DNA of 63,720 bases, filler included, from Asterionella formosa (Eukaryota), in the NCBI GenBank assembly GCA_002256025.1. It is 27 parts of 27 records of this genome, joined end to end, with 100 filler letters (N's around TTAATTAATTAA, not from the genome) between each part and the next. Parts side by side here need not be neighbours in the genome. Positions count along the whole stretch, not along the records: positions 49,671 to 51,931 come from NKIB01000111.1; positions 52,032 to 54,292 come from NKIB01000112.1; positions 54,393 to 56,650 come from NKIB01000113.1; positions 56,751 to 59,008 come from NKIB01000114.1; positions 59,109 to 61,365 come from NKIB01000115.1; 22 more parts are not named here. One strand, given 5' to 3'. A model generated the notes under the pieces. That model was not told where the DNA came from. It was given only the letters and a program-made list of their open reading frames with translations, and ran no database searches. This document shows positions 49,731 to 61,361 of this stretch, in pieces; positions within the stretch are counted from its first letter, which is position 1; the number at the start of each line of letters is the position of its first letter. A program made the position numbers and the translations under genes.

Positions 49731-49823
49731 TGAAGTATTTCAAATAATTATGTGAAGTATTTCAAATAATTATGTGAAGTATTTCAAATAATTATGTAAA
49801 GTATTTCAAATAATTATGTGAAG
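49731..49823. repeat. Tandem repeat, 22-bp unit x4
   Basis: TGAAGTATTTCAAATAATTATG head-to-tail with no spacers. Confidence 0.95.
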
Positions 49824-50319
49824 GTGATCACGTAATATAGTGATGATCAGGAATTCATGCATGATACTCTGATAAAATAATTAACGTGATGTATTCAGAT
49901 AATATTTAGATATATTCAAGTAAGCATTTTGATGTATTCAACTAATTCATGTGATCCATTCAAAATCAACTAGGCTTATTTACGTGATGGTCACTTCACG
50001 TAATACGCGGCTTAGATGTAGTAGGGGGTTTGAATTCTATGGTGATATCGGATTGTTCCCCAGCAGAACGAATCGAAACTAGCAGTACACTTACCTTTGG
50101 AACAAGAGCCACCACAACTGCATCGTCCACTTTGACACCAGTTACATGTAATGCAGAAAAACACAGCAGTGTGAGAAACAATAATCTAGCCGATAGACGG
50201 CACTGGAACAGCATGAGACACAAAAAACACAACTTTCCGGTGAGAAGGGGGGGGACTAATACAAACGAAAAAAGTGTTCCATTGAGACCATGAAACTTGC
50301 TTCAGAACCACAAGCATGT

Positions 50320-50825
50320 GGTAGGCGTCAATCTTGATCAGATGGCTTGCCAGTTGGCGCTATTGGCAATCGCGCAAAATAAAAGGTATATGGCAGGACT
50401 TCATGTGGCGGCTGGACGCTTTAAACTGGGATTGGAAGCACTGGACGATATGACTAGGAGAAAAGAAGCAAGAGCAGAGTAGAAGGAGAGTGAGAAAGCG
50501 AATAAGGAAGTTATGGATTATAAAGCAACATTGAACGAGGTGCAAGCGATCAGAGCTCTCAACACACGGCCACACAAATGGACGGTTGCGCAAACAAAAA
50601 CAATCGTGTTGTGGTACAAACAAATTGGCGATGCACCATGCATTTCCTGCAACGAAACAACTACTGCTTACTAAGTATGTTAATACAATCAGAAATGGCG
50701 ATGCACCAGTCCCAGTTGCCGTAGCAATACTGCCACCATTGGCCTCAGCTGGAGAGGATGACGAGGATGAGGTTGTGATTGGAAAAGTGATATATGTGCT
50801 GTTTGCACAATAAATCGACGTCAGT
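50320..50825 (+). pseudogene. Multi-copy transposase-like C-terminal remnant (pogo-like), copy 3
   Basis: Reverse-orientation, more diverged copy (NKRYMAGLHVAAGRFKLG...PATKQLLLTKY). Confidence 0.6.
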
Positions 50826-50928
50826 TGACACAAGAAATTGGAGAAAATATGGAAAACGAGGTAATATTTTCTAACCGTTTACCATTAAAATATATATATA
50901 CATGACGAAAAATATATGAATGGCTTAA

Positions 50929-51114
50929 GACCACTAAAATGCAAAATGAACGAATTAAAAAGTTCGATATCGCAAGATATATCCTTCCAATTGTTAAAAT
51001 GATTCGTTTATCTAGTACTTGCATGCATTAGTTGACCTCTATTCAAAGGGTTTTAAATGGGGTCGGCTGAACATTTTTCTAATTTTAGTCCAAAAACGGG
51101 GTAATATAGTGGTC
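50929..51114. mobile_element. 186-bp MITE, TIR GACCACTA (second copy)
   Basis: TTAA|GACCACTA...TAGTGGTC|TTAG; about 25 bp longer than 48710-48870. Confidence 0.75.
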
Positions 51115-51117
51115 TTA

Positions 51118-51487
51118 GGCTGTTGCTAACGGTGGACCAAAACCCAAACCAAACAGTGTTTTGGTTTCGGTAACCCTAAAAAACAATGCTAACGGGAGTG
51201 AAAAACCCAACGCAAACGCATTACGTTTAGGGGATTCCGTGCCCATATCCCAATAAGTTACCCAAACGCATTACGTTTAGGTTTTTTTTCCCAAAGTTAC
51301 CTAAACGTAGGATTCCATATTGACTACTTTGAATGTAGTCACTAGAAACCCAATTATTATCATCGTAGAATCAGTAGATATAGGACGCATCATTTACCAG
51401 TACATCATACATAGATAGCTATACGGTACTCTGGTACCAGGTACCAGGTACCAGGGGACCACACTGTCGAGAACAACAACAACAAAT
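51118..51487 (+). mobile_element. Dispersed repeat starting GGCTGTTGCTAAC (copy 2)
   Basis: Near-identical to 24463-24845; starts immediately after TTA. Confidence 0.8.
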
Positions 51488-52031
51488 AATCTCGGATTTC
51501 ACCACAATCAACATGTCATCAAACCCACATTTCACCAACATGGCACACATATGTACCATATCAACGATATTGTGGAACTTGTCCAACCAACTCGCCAAGA
51601 TCATCTACTCCAAGGCAAGTGCCCTATGTTCCATGGTTTTACTCCATCTGCCTGGCGTACCAAGGTTTGATATTCAATTGCTACTTTTTATATAGAAACT
51701 TCCTTTATTTAAACTCCTTCAATTTGCACTTCGTACTTGTAACTGTATCGGGCGTCATCACTTATCAAAAAGCCAACTCGATCCACCAGATAATCAATTT
51801 GCTTGTCATCACAGTCCGCAGGTCCAGTCCAGCCGCTTGTACCTGTCGTCGCTCGCTTCTTGGAATGCAACAGCTCCACGTCATATGACTCAATCCAGAC
51901 TTCAAACACATTATCTTCCTCTCTTGTATGANNNNNNNNNNNNNNNNNNNNNNNNNNNNNNNNNNNNNNNNNNNNTTAATTAATTAANNNNNNNNNNNNN
52001 NNNNNNNNNNNNNNNNNNNNNNNNNNNNNNN

Positions 52032-52335
52032 CTTATATTGGAAATTAAACCTTATTTCGGAGAAACTAATATTACCTTGCTTGTATTGGAAAAAAATTCC
52101 GGTCATTTCGTGAAATACCTTGTATTGGAAAAAAGAGCCTATTTCCTTGTATTGGCGCAAGCATTCCGGTCATTTCCTCGTGAAAGACCTTGTATTGAAA
52201 AAAAGGGTCTATTTCCTTGTATTGGCGCGAGCATGGCTGGATCGCAACTCTACCGATGAAGCTAGCCAAAAAGGGGTCAACCTTGCTTGTTCTGGTACAT
52301 TACTTTTTCACCTTGTATTGGAATCCAATACAAGG
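52032..52335. repeat. Array of (CC)TTGTATTG(G) motifs ending in a hairpin
   Basis: About six direct copies of the motif within larger ~70-bp repeats, plus CCTTGTATTGGA-A-TCCAATACAAGG at 52310-52334; resembles a transposon subterminal region. Confidence 0.7.
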
Positions 52336-54394
52336 TATTTTCGTTTCCTGGGTTGTTGTTCCTAGATATATTAAGTTTTAATCTGATTTAGCCTAAAATA
52401 TTGAGACTCATAGAGAATATCTCGACGAAAAATGAGAACGATGCTTTCCTTTTTAATACATATATCTAACAAAGCATCGATAATACAATCGTAAAAGAAT
52501 AGTCCTACTAATTGCACTAATATTGACAACAAAAATAGAAGTTGCCGCTAGCACATTTTTTAATCTAATTAAGGGATGCGCAATCTTTAAGGACAATGCT
52601 ATGAGCAGATACGACACTTTTATAGTAGCTACATAACAAATGAGACTACAACAGTAGTATTAACATCAATATTCGAAGCAAAAGATGTGAAATAAAGCTA
52701 TTATCTGCTGAAAAATGATTGATTGCAAACGGGCAATTTGTATTTATCAGTAGTCCTTATAGAAGCCATCAAATGTGAAGCATTTGCTCCAGTGTATGAT
52801 GTTGTCAAAACTGCCAGTAATGCCCTGTATTCGTAGTAATGTGCAGCAACCTATTCCTATTATGTACCGCTACATATGAAACCGGGTTGATGCTACTTGG
52901 CAAGCCATAAAGAAGTCGAAAATCGCAAATCATGGCGATTTCATAATTTCGGAGGTTCATCACTCATATATCTGTACATAGAAACTTCATAGACTTTGTT
53001 CTCTCTCTGATTACAACACGGTAGAGCTAGCACAGTGATGAGAAAGCTTAAGTCTGGAATGCTGCCAAGATTTGCTGAGATATTAAGAAGTTGAAAATCG
53101 AAACAACAGCGATCGAACCCTAATCATATTGCATCGCTTGATTGGCGTCATGAAACAATATTAATTTAGCTAAGAAAACACAAGAGTGATTAGGATTTTT
53201 AAAAATGATTTTCAATTGCCCTTTTTGTCAAAAACCATTTTTGAAGCACGACAGGTTACAAGTGTTTGCCCAAAGATTTTTGGGGTCATCTCCAATATTG
53301 TGGACCCATTCCTTGTATAGATGTACATATTCCATGCTTTCCAACAATCTAGGACAAACCTCAACATTTGCAAAACCATGTTTCATCCCCATCTCTTGTC
53401 AGTTGCCTGATCATCATGGATCTGTCAATTGCGACAGTTTATTGAATTCGCAATGGCCCAGTACTTGCTGATGCATGTGTCCTCTGAACACCTGATTCCA
53501 CCACCCTATATCCATTTCTTCAGAAACCCTTCAAACGTGGCCTGCCCTATTCAACATTCCACTGTGGAATGGAACCTTACCATTTCACTGCTTTTTCAAA
53601 AAACATTGTCACATACCCGATTCAAAAGTTGTAATAACAAAAGGACATGCATATGTATCATTTTCCCATTTTTGTCAGGGCATTGCTCCATGCCTTGCTT
53701 GGTTCTCTCCTCTATTGTAGTCTGATAGCAAAGGATGTGGTCAATGTCCTCATAAAATTTTTCACAACCATCAATGTGTTTCTTGTATTTCTTCTGTCGC
53801 TTCATGTATGCAAATAAATCAAACTCAAATTTGAAAATTGATGTGCATTGCTTGTTGCCCCTTGATTTGCTTGTTTTCCTACTCTCTCTCTTGCTTCCCA
53901 GTCAACCATATCAAATATTTCTTGAGAATTCCAGACCGAACATCGTGTTTCGTGTCGACTTTGCTACAAATAAGATTCAGTCTGTTGAAACAATGGCTTT
54001 TTGAGCAGTCACAGATTCGAAGGCAATGTTATTGTTGTCATCCTTCCATGTAGCTTTGACTATATCAGAAAACAAAATTGCCTCAGAAGGCGCTGCCATT
54101 TCGCTTCTGAGCTCACTCAGCCGAGTCAAATTCCCTCTCAAAATTTGAGGATTGTAATCCTTAAAGGCTGATTCTAGCTTACTAGTTATTGTGTTGTGCC
54201 TTGTTTACCATTTCGATGACAGGCGCTCATGTGTTAGGTCGAATGATTAGTCCCTTGCATCCAAAAAATCCTGCAATGGCATTAGTTTGTAANNNNNNNN
54301 NNNNNNNNNNNNNNNNNNNNNNNNNNNNNNNNNNNNTTAATTAATTAANNNNNNNNNNNNNNNNNNNNNNNNNNNNNNNNNNNNNNNNNNNNGT

Positions 54395-56650
54395 TTTGGT
54401 GAACAGGGAGGCTATGCGCAGCAGTCAGCCATGTTCAATGAGGAACAGAACAAGCTTCAACTGCAAAGTTCTTTGGATTCAGAAGGAGACCACCCAGAAG
54501 ATTCTCATCAATCATTGGGTTCCAATGGCCTTGTGATCCAACCCGATTCAGTCCAGTCTTCTAATCCATCACCGAAATCAAAAACTCGTCAAATGGCGCA
54601 ACAGTTTGAGAAAATCTCGATGATTACAGCATCATCACGGAACGCGACGATTGCGTCAACATCGTCCTCCTTGTCCATGGAACAGCGACAGCCAAGAAGC
54701 GAACGACCCAAGTCACTACCACCTAGAGCGAGGACTAGGACAATCGACAAGCTCGATGCGGAACAAATTCAGCAGGGTTTCAAGATGCAACCACCGTCGA
54801 TGTCTAACCAAACCGAGTCGGGAAACAACAGGGAAAATAATCAGCAAGCTATTCAAACGCGACATGAGATTGATCCCCAAGTTAAGACAGAGATACCAGG
54901 TATTGACACTCAAAACGTTGCCACTGTGAAAGAACTGAAACGCCAACTCTGGGACGAGAGAGAGAAATTGCAGGTGGCCATTCAACCTTCGTTTCGGTAT
55001 AGTAGATCATCACGATCGCTTTCACCGTCGAGACTACCATACAGCACTGCAAACAAGCCAGTCTTTAAATCGAAGTTCTACGAAGCTGCCGTGGCAGCGA
55101 GAAAGTCCAACACACGCCCAAAGCTTTTCATTGTACACCAACCTGAACATGCTGGAACGTCACAAGCACAGCAAGGTATTGAACATCTACCTGAACGGGC
55201 GGTGAGGCCAGTGACTGAACCCGGCAAACATTCGCATCAACTGTCTTCCATGAACCGAGATAATGAAATTCAGATGCAACAAACAAGGCAACAGCAGCCA
55301 GAAAACCAAGGACGACCAACCACGCAACCCATGACAGTCGAACAAACAGATTCGGGGATCAGTGAATCGAAATCTGTGTCCATGTTAGTTGCTCGATTGA
55401 ATGCGATTTCTAGAGCTGATCCCGCTAAAGCCTTGACGCAGATTGATTCCATCTTGAGAAATGAAAGCAAAAGCAGTTCAGATCCAGATCCTCCAATGCG
55501 AATGAAAGAAATCCAACAAGACAAAGATTCTTCTTCAGATGACTCCAGTGGTGGTGAAACAAGTGTTTCGGGAATTACTGATCCAACATACACGACTTTG
55601 AAATCATTTCATCCGGTAGAAGAAGGCAATCTTCTCGCGATGCGTACATTTCAGCGACCTCGTCCTAACTCCCTTCCATCGTATACCAATCCCCCGTCTG
55701 CAACGAAGGAGCAATGCAAAACGAAACCGAAGAAACGAGAAGTGCGAAATCGGCGGGCACCTCCTCCAGCCACGATCAAGGTCCATCCTAGCAAGGACGG
55801 CGGTCGAGGAGATTCTCGTTCCAAGCTAGATGGTCACTTTAGTAAGCCATTGGATCCCAGCAGTGCTGCTGCGATTGCTTTGAAGATTCGATTGTGGGAT
55901 GAAATGAGCCAACCCAGAGTAGAAGGTGAGGATGGAGCAACCGCAGTGACAGAAGAACTTGGAAGTATTGTGACACCAACCGATGCTGCGGGTGGATCGC
56001 CGACGAAGACACCCAAGTCAAGCTTGCTTCAAGAATCTCCTTCGTTTGGTTCTTGCTCGTCGAGAGATGGAGATTTGGCCAGTCGTCGACGACACCCATG
56101 GGACAAGCATCATCCCAAGCACTCGCGTTCCGTGACATCATCGCCAAAGGTGGTAGAAACCAGCATGGAAAATGGAATTGGATTCGAATTGAAGCCAAGC
56201 TTGCCAGCCAACAACGATACGCCGATGAGCTCACGAAAATCGCCACATGATGATTCTGATGATGCAGCGGGAGATCAACTGCAAGTATTTCGCCAAAACA
56301 AAGATCCGCCTGCCAAGTTCGACAGACATATATCTCACCGGGCTTCGGCGAAGTATCAAGGAAAAGACGATAGCGCAACTGCAAACAATGCGCAATCTCC
56401 ATTAGCTCGATGGGTTCCACAGAACTCTTCACCATCACATAGCAAGCCTGGCTTCATAGGTGATGATTTTGTGATAGATCCAGCATTACTCATGACATCA
56501 TCGCCCCTGGATACCCCAGTTGATGCGAGAGAGACCATTTCAATGTCCTATTCTGAATTAGACTCGTCTGCCTGGGTAGAGTTGCCTTCCAATGCATTCT
56601 TTTGTAACCTCGAGAAAAATTCGAGTCGGTTTGGAGAAGCCCATTTCAGG
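54395..56650 (+). CDS. Large S/Q/P-rich, probably disordered protein; internal fragment
   Basis: Stop-free frame spanning the whole contig (over 750 codons). Confidence 0.85.
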
Positions 56651-57373
56651 NNNNNNNNNNNNNNNNNNNNNNNNNNNNNNNNNNNNNNNNNNNNTTAATT
56701 AATTAANNNNNNNNNNNNNNNNNNNNNNNNNNNNNNNNNNNNNNNNNNNNACGTTCATATCCTTATAATACTTGGTAACAGCTTCAATGCATTTTTCCCG
56801 AGAATCAAATGTGACTTGATCCATTAGATTGATGTCGGATAAATTTTCATCTCCCTCCTCTGTATTGTCCCCAATAGATTCTGACAGCTTTGGTTGAGGA
56901 GGCATCAGAGTCAATTCGAAAACAATGATGTGCATGCGTTAGCACGGCAATGTCGTGGAGGAGTCAAGTAAGATTCGTGTGGCAAAAAAGTATTGGTGGT
57001 TTATACGAAGACTATGTAGGCTAGTAGGGTTTAAGGGTTTGTCAAAAAGAGGGGGACGAAATATCGATATAGGGGGACGAAATATCTTTTTCCTAATTTT
57101 AATGTATATTATCTAGATGTCGATAGGAGTACTGCCCTGCAGTCGTATTTTCGGTTACCGGTATCTTGTCAGTGACAACGGAAATGATACCGGCGTGGAA
57201 ACGTCAGTATCACTGATACCGTTTTTGAAGGGGGCTAAACACGGTAACAATTTTGTATCATTTGATACAAAATTGATTACCGTTGCTGATACCAGGTTTT
57301 GATACCAACCGTCACTTTTGGCCCACAACCCGGAAATGATACAGCAAATTCGGAATGATAAGAACGACCCTAA

Positions 57374-58412
57374 GGGTCTTTAAACCGAAAAAATCCATTC
57401 TCCACAAAAATAAAAATTAAATTGTATCACCAAAAAGTATCACGAAAATTCAACGGTTACGGGCTGGCTACAAACATGTGCTTTTCCTTCCTGACTACTG
57501 GTACATGATGATACTGAACCAGTCCTCAAACCATGCAAGAAATCTACGCGAATTATGTATATGGACTACTATAGTCAATTGTATTTGCACATGTATTTGT
57601 TGTAGTCACGTGATCATTTTCGTATTCTATTGCCTAGTACGTGCTGGACGAGTGATAGTAGAATGTACCGGTAGTGACAGCAAAAGCCAAAGTATTTGCA
57701 CAGCTAGTAAATGTCCTAGTAGTTGAAACACATAGAGATTCCTGATTCCTGATCAGGTTATGAGTGTCAATATATTTTCGCCTCTAGTGACCTGATTAGG
57801 AACATGTACCACAATCCACTAGATGATTGATTCAAGATCAAATGGTTAAATATTGCGTGTAAAATGCCACAGTCAAGAGAGGAACTTTCAGGAGAAGTTC
57901 TCTCTAACCTATTAATTGGACTCTAGAAGACGATCAGACCTAGAAGCCAAATCAATAAATGATTGACTAGACAATTACAGATATGTCCGCAACATCAAGG
58001 AACATTAAAGAAGCAAACTAGATATGATCTAGTTATGATTAACAGGATCATTCTGTAAGCAGTCTTCGATCAAACAGCATCTGGCCTAAGTTGAGACAGG
58101 CCAAGATTAAGACAAATGTGTATTTAGGAAGAGGATGTAGTTTATTCTCAGTTCAAGTTGGGAACACAAATGAACCTCGCCTCCGAAGATCACCTCTATT
58201 TTGAAACATGCATGAGCTTGGAAGTTTCAAAATTATACATTCAAATTTACATTTACATTAAGCTCACTCTTTTATAAAAACAATTATTAGCAAACAAAGT
58301 AAAACAAACAAATTGTGTAGAAACATTTTTCTAGCAATTTTTACTACCAACCGTCATTTTTTGGCCACAACCCGGAAATGATACAGCAAATTCGGAATGA
58401 TAAGAACGACCC
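57374..58412. mobile_element. Putative Harbinger-type non-autonomous element (TAA|GGGTC...GACCC|TAA)
   Basis: TAA on both sides and 5-bp inverted ends. Its last ~70 bp (58345-58415) also occur at 57303-57373. Confidence 0.55.
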
Positions 58413-59108
58413 TAAGAAAAACGGATATTTTCGAGTAGGCCGACCCTCCCGTACCAAACAAGTACGTACTTCATAAATTCCGTCATAAATAAATAAGCTG
58501 CTCGGGACTTGGGTGTCGGAGAATCGAGGCAGGTTTTTTTTTTTTCAACTGCAAAAATAGTGTGACTGCAATAAAGAAACGGTTACCAGTTCGCTTTTGA
58601 CTCATTTAGAATGAAGATTGCTTACATACGAATATATGTGTGTGATACAAAATATGGAGCTCTTCAAAAATTATATATCCGTTACACAAACCATTGTCAC
58701 CGTTGCTTCCGTTTGTTTCAGCTGCTGATGTTTCGGAACCTTCATCACACAAGGATTTACCGGTACTTGTTCATCGAATGAAGAGAAGAGCTCTCGTATC
58801 AGCACACAGCACATCAATCGCAATGATGCAGGAATCGCAAGTGGTCCGAGGAACGGTAGGTCACCGAAATCATCTGAATTGTCGGACGCGAAGTGTTACA
58901 CATAATCCATTAGCTAATACTCCCATGCAATGCTTCTTCGACGCAGTCCCCGCGCAGATCTTTCGGCACGGAGCTTACTTCCTCGGTAGTAGGAAACCGC
59001 TGCAGTCCNNNNNNNNNNNNNNNNNNNNNNNNNNNNNNNNNNNNNNNNNNNNTTAATTAATTAANNNNNNNNNNNNNNNNNNNNNNNNNNNNNNNNNNNN
59101 NNNNNNNN

Positions 59109-60147
59109 AAGAGTAAGTTCGGCTTGAACTAGTAGTTGGTCCCACAAGTGGAGAGGAAAGTGTTTGTCGACACTGCATAGACCGGCAATGAAATGATTTT
59201 GAAAGGTGCGAATTGCACGTTCAGCGGCATTGCGACGATGGACAGCCGGCGGGACCAACTGAAAGTCAATAGCTTCGGCGTCCAAGAAGTCTTTGAGGAG
59301 TGTAGAACACTCATTGTCAAGGCGTTGAAGTTTGGGACGTAGGCCAGCTTTGCACAAACGTTGATGTAATGCTTTATATGCTGCAAGGAGGCAGGAAGCG
59401 GTTCGGTTATGGAAGGGCTGAACGAAAATGTAGTTGCTGTCATAATCATATAAAATCATAATGTAGTTGTTTCCAGTGCTGGAGGGGAGTATGAATTTTC
59501 CGGTTTGATCAGTGTAAATTTGGCCTGTGGGTGCAATAATGGACGCAAAACACATATGGGTAGGGGTTGCAAGACACTCAGGGTGGAAATCAGCATCACC
59601 CAGCACATTGGTAGTAGGAATGGATGCAAGTTCAGGCTCAATAATAGTTGGGGGCACACGTGTGGATCGTACGTTTTGACGTGTTTGATCGAGGTGGCCT
59701 TTGATGGTTGCGATGGAATGAGGGGGATGTTTGCGTAGTGTAGCTAAGGTCAGACCTGGAAAATTGGCAAGATACCCATGGAGTAATGCGCTTTCCAAAG
59801 TGGAGAGAACAGGAGAAAAGAGGGCCGCATGGGCAAAAGCAACAAGTGCTGGTGCATTGGGACTGCCAATGGCGGCAGCAGCGTAGTGGGTAGGGGTAGG
59901 CAATGGTGGATCAATTGAGGTGGTGGTGACATGCCATAATCGAGTGGTGGTGGAGCGATGGCCCTGAAGGATGCAATGACCATCGGATAAGACAGACATG
60001 TGTAGTTTGGTGAAGAGTACCTCGTAGCCAGAATCACATAGTTGTCCAATGCTCAATAAAGAGCAATTGTGTAGACCAGGGACAATGTGTACATGACGAG
60101 CAGCAGGTAAGAGCATAGGTAAAGATAATTCGGCCTCATGTGTAGAT
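59109..60147 (-). mobile_element. Ty1/copia (CoDi-like) protease end + integrase, interrupted by a DNA element
   Basis: SLLSIGQLCD, GHLDQTRQN, YTDQTGKF, RLDNE and NAAERAIRTF. Frame is intact up to the TTAA insertion site. Confidence 0.93.
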
Positions 60148-60151
60148 TTAA

Positions 60152-61361
60152 GGTTCCTGCATTTGAACCCCTAGCTCGAGGTAGGGTTAAAAAAATAATA
60201 TTAAGTCAGAGTAGTCAAACATGGACTTCTTACGAGTAAAATGTAAATGTATATCGCTAAACGGAGCTTTCACCAATACACACCCTTTCCACATGCTAAA
60301 ATACAGTCATTTATCAAAGTAGGGGTATAGGTCAACGCTATATATCGTCAGGATATAGGATCTGGCGAGAAACTGCAGAAAGGAACTTCGGTTTTTTAAC
60401 TATGCTGAAAATAGTGGATTTTACCGGGCTAACTCGTTTATTTGGCCTAGTAAAAAAACCGAAGTTCCTTTCTGCAGTTTCTCGCCGAAAGTTAACTTCT
60501 GGGGCTATATGAAGATCACCTATGTACTTAACTCTTCTTCAAACCCTGCCAACGTTGAGCTATCGTCGTCCAAAAATTCGACGATATCGGCCTTTTCAAC
60601 GGTCACCAAAACGTCGGAATCAGAATCACTAATCGCCGAAACGTCATCATCGGAATGGTAGTCTTGTGCTAAAATTTGTAGTCGTAAAATCTCGTGTACA
60701 AAAAGTTCCAATGTAATTGGCCGCTGTATTAATCATATTCTGATTGGTTATCCTTATAACCGATCGATTGGCACGGTTTGCGAGGTCTTGCAATCCAACG
60801 CCGGCCACACTGGACACACATGAAGCATTTTCTTGGGTGTTGGCCGATCCTACCCGTATACCGGTATCCGTACGGAGTAGGAATACCGAGTACCGGGTAG
60901 ACCTATGCGAAAACCATATCTGTCCGGAGTAGGAATACCGAGTACCGGGTAGAGTAGGAATACCGAGTACCGGGTAGATCTACCGGTACCAGGTACCTGA
61001 TCATCATTGGTCATAGTACGAGGTAGTGCACGCTTACCAGTACGTTACTACCGTTAGTATGCACATTCAAATAATTTTCGGAGCCGCCGGGTCTTGAATG
61101 TGAAACATATTTGTTGATACGAGTAGGTGTTACTATCGGTAGAAAAGCAATTTAAAACATTCAGCGATGTAGAATCTATTTGTACATATTTAATGCATTT
61201 GAAATGGAATCTATACACGTACGCGCAAATTTCCACTCATTTGAATATTTCAAACTGAATCATTGATATTCAAATTAGCACATGAAATTCTTAGTTCCAG
61301 GGAATTTCGGCAACCCTAAGCAATATTTTAATTTTTGCCTAGGGGTTCAAATGCAGGAACC
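60152..61361 (+). mobile_element. Complete 1210-bp non-autonomous DNA transposon, 23-bp TIRs, TTAA flanks (Kolobok-like)
   Basis: TTAA|GGTTCCTGCATTTGAACCCCTAG...CTAGGGGTTCAAATGCAGGAACC|TTAA; second copy at 32082-33028. Confidence 0.9.

Noticed and set aside
49731..49823. 22-bp repeats as a CRISPR array
   Set aside because: No spacers and no cas genes; eukaryotic minisatellite.
53200..54100. Decayed minus-strand coding-like region
   Set aside because: Many stops and no recognisable motif; cannot be assigned.
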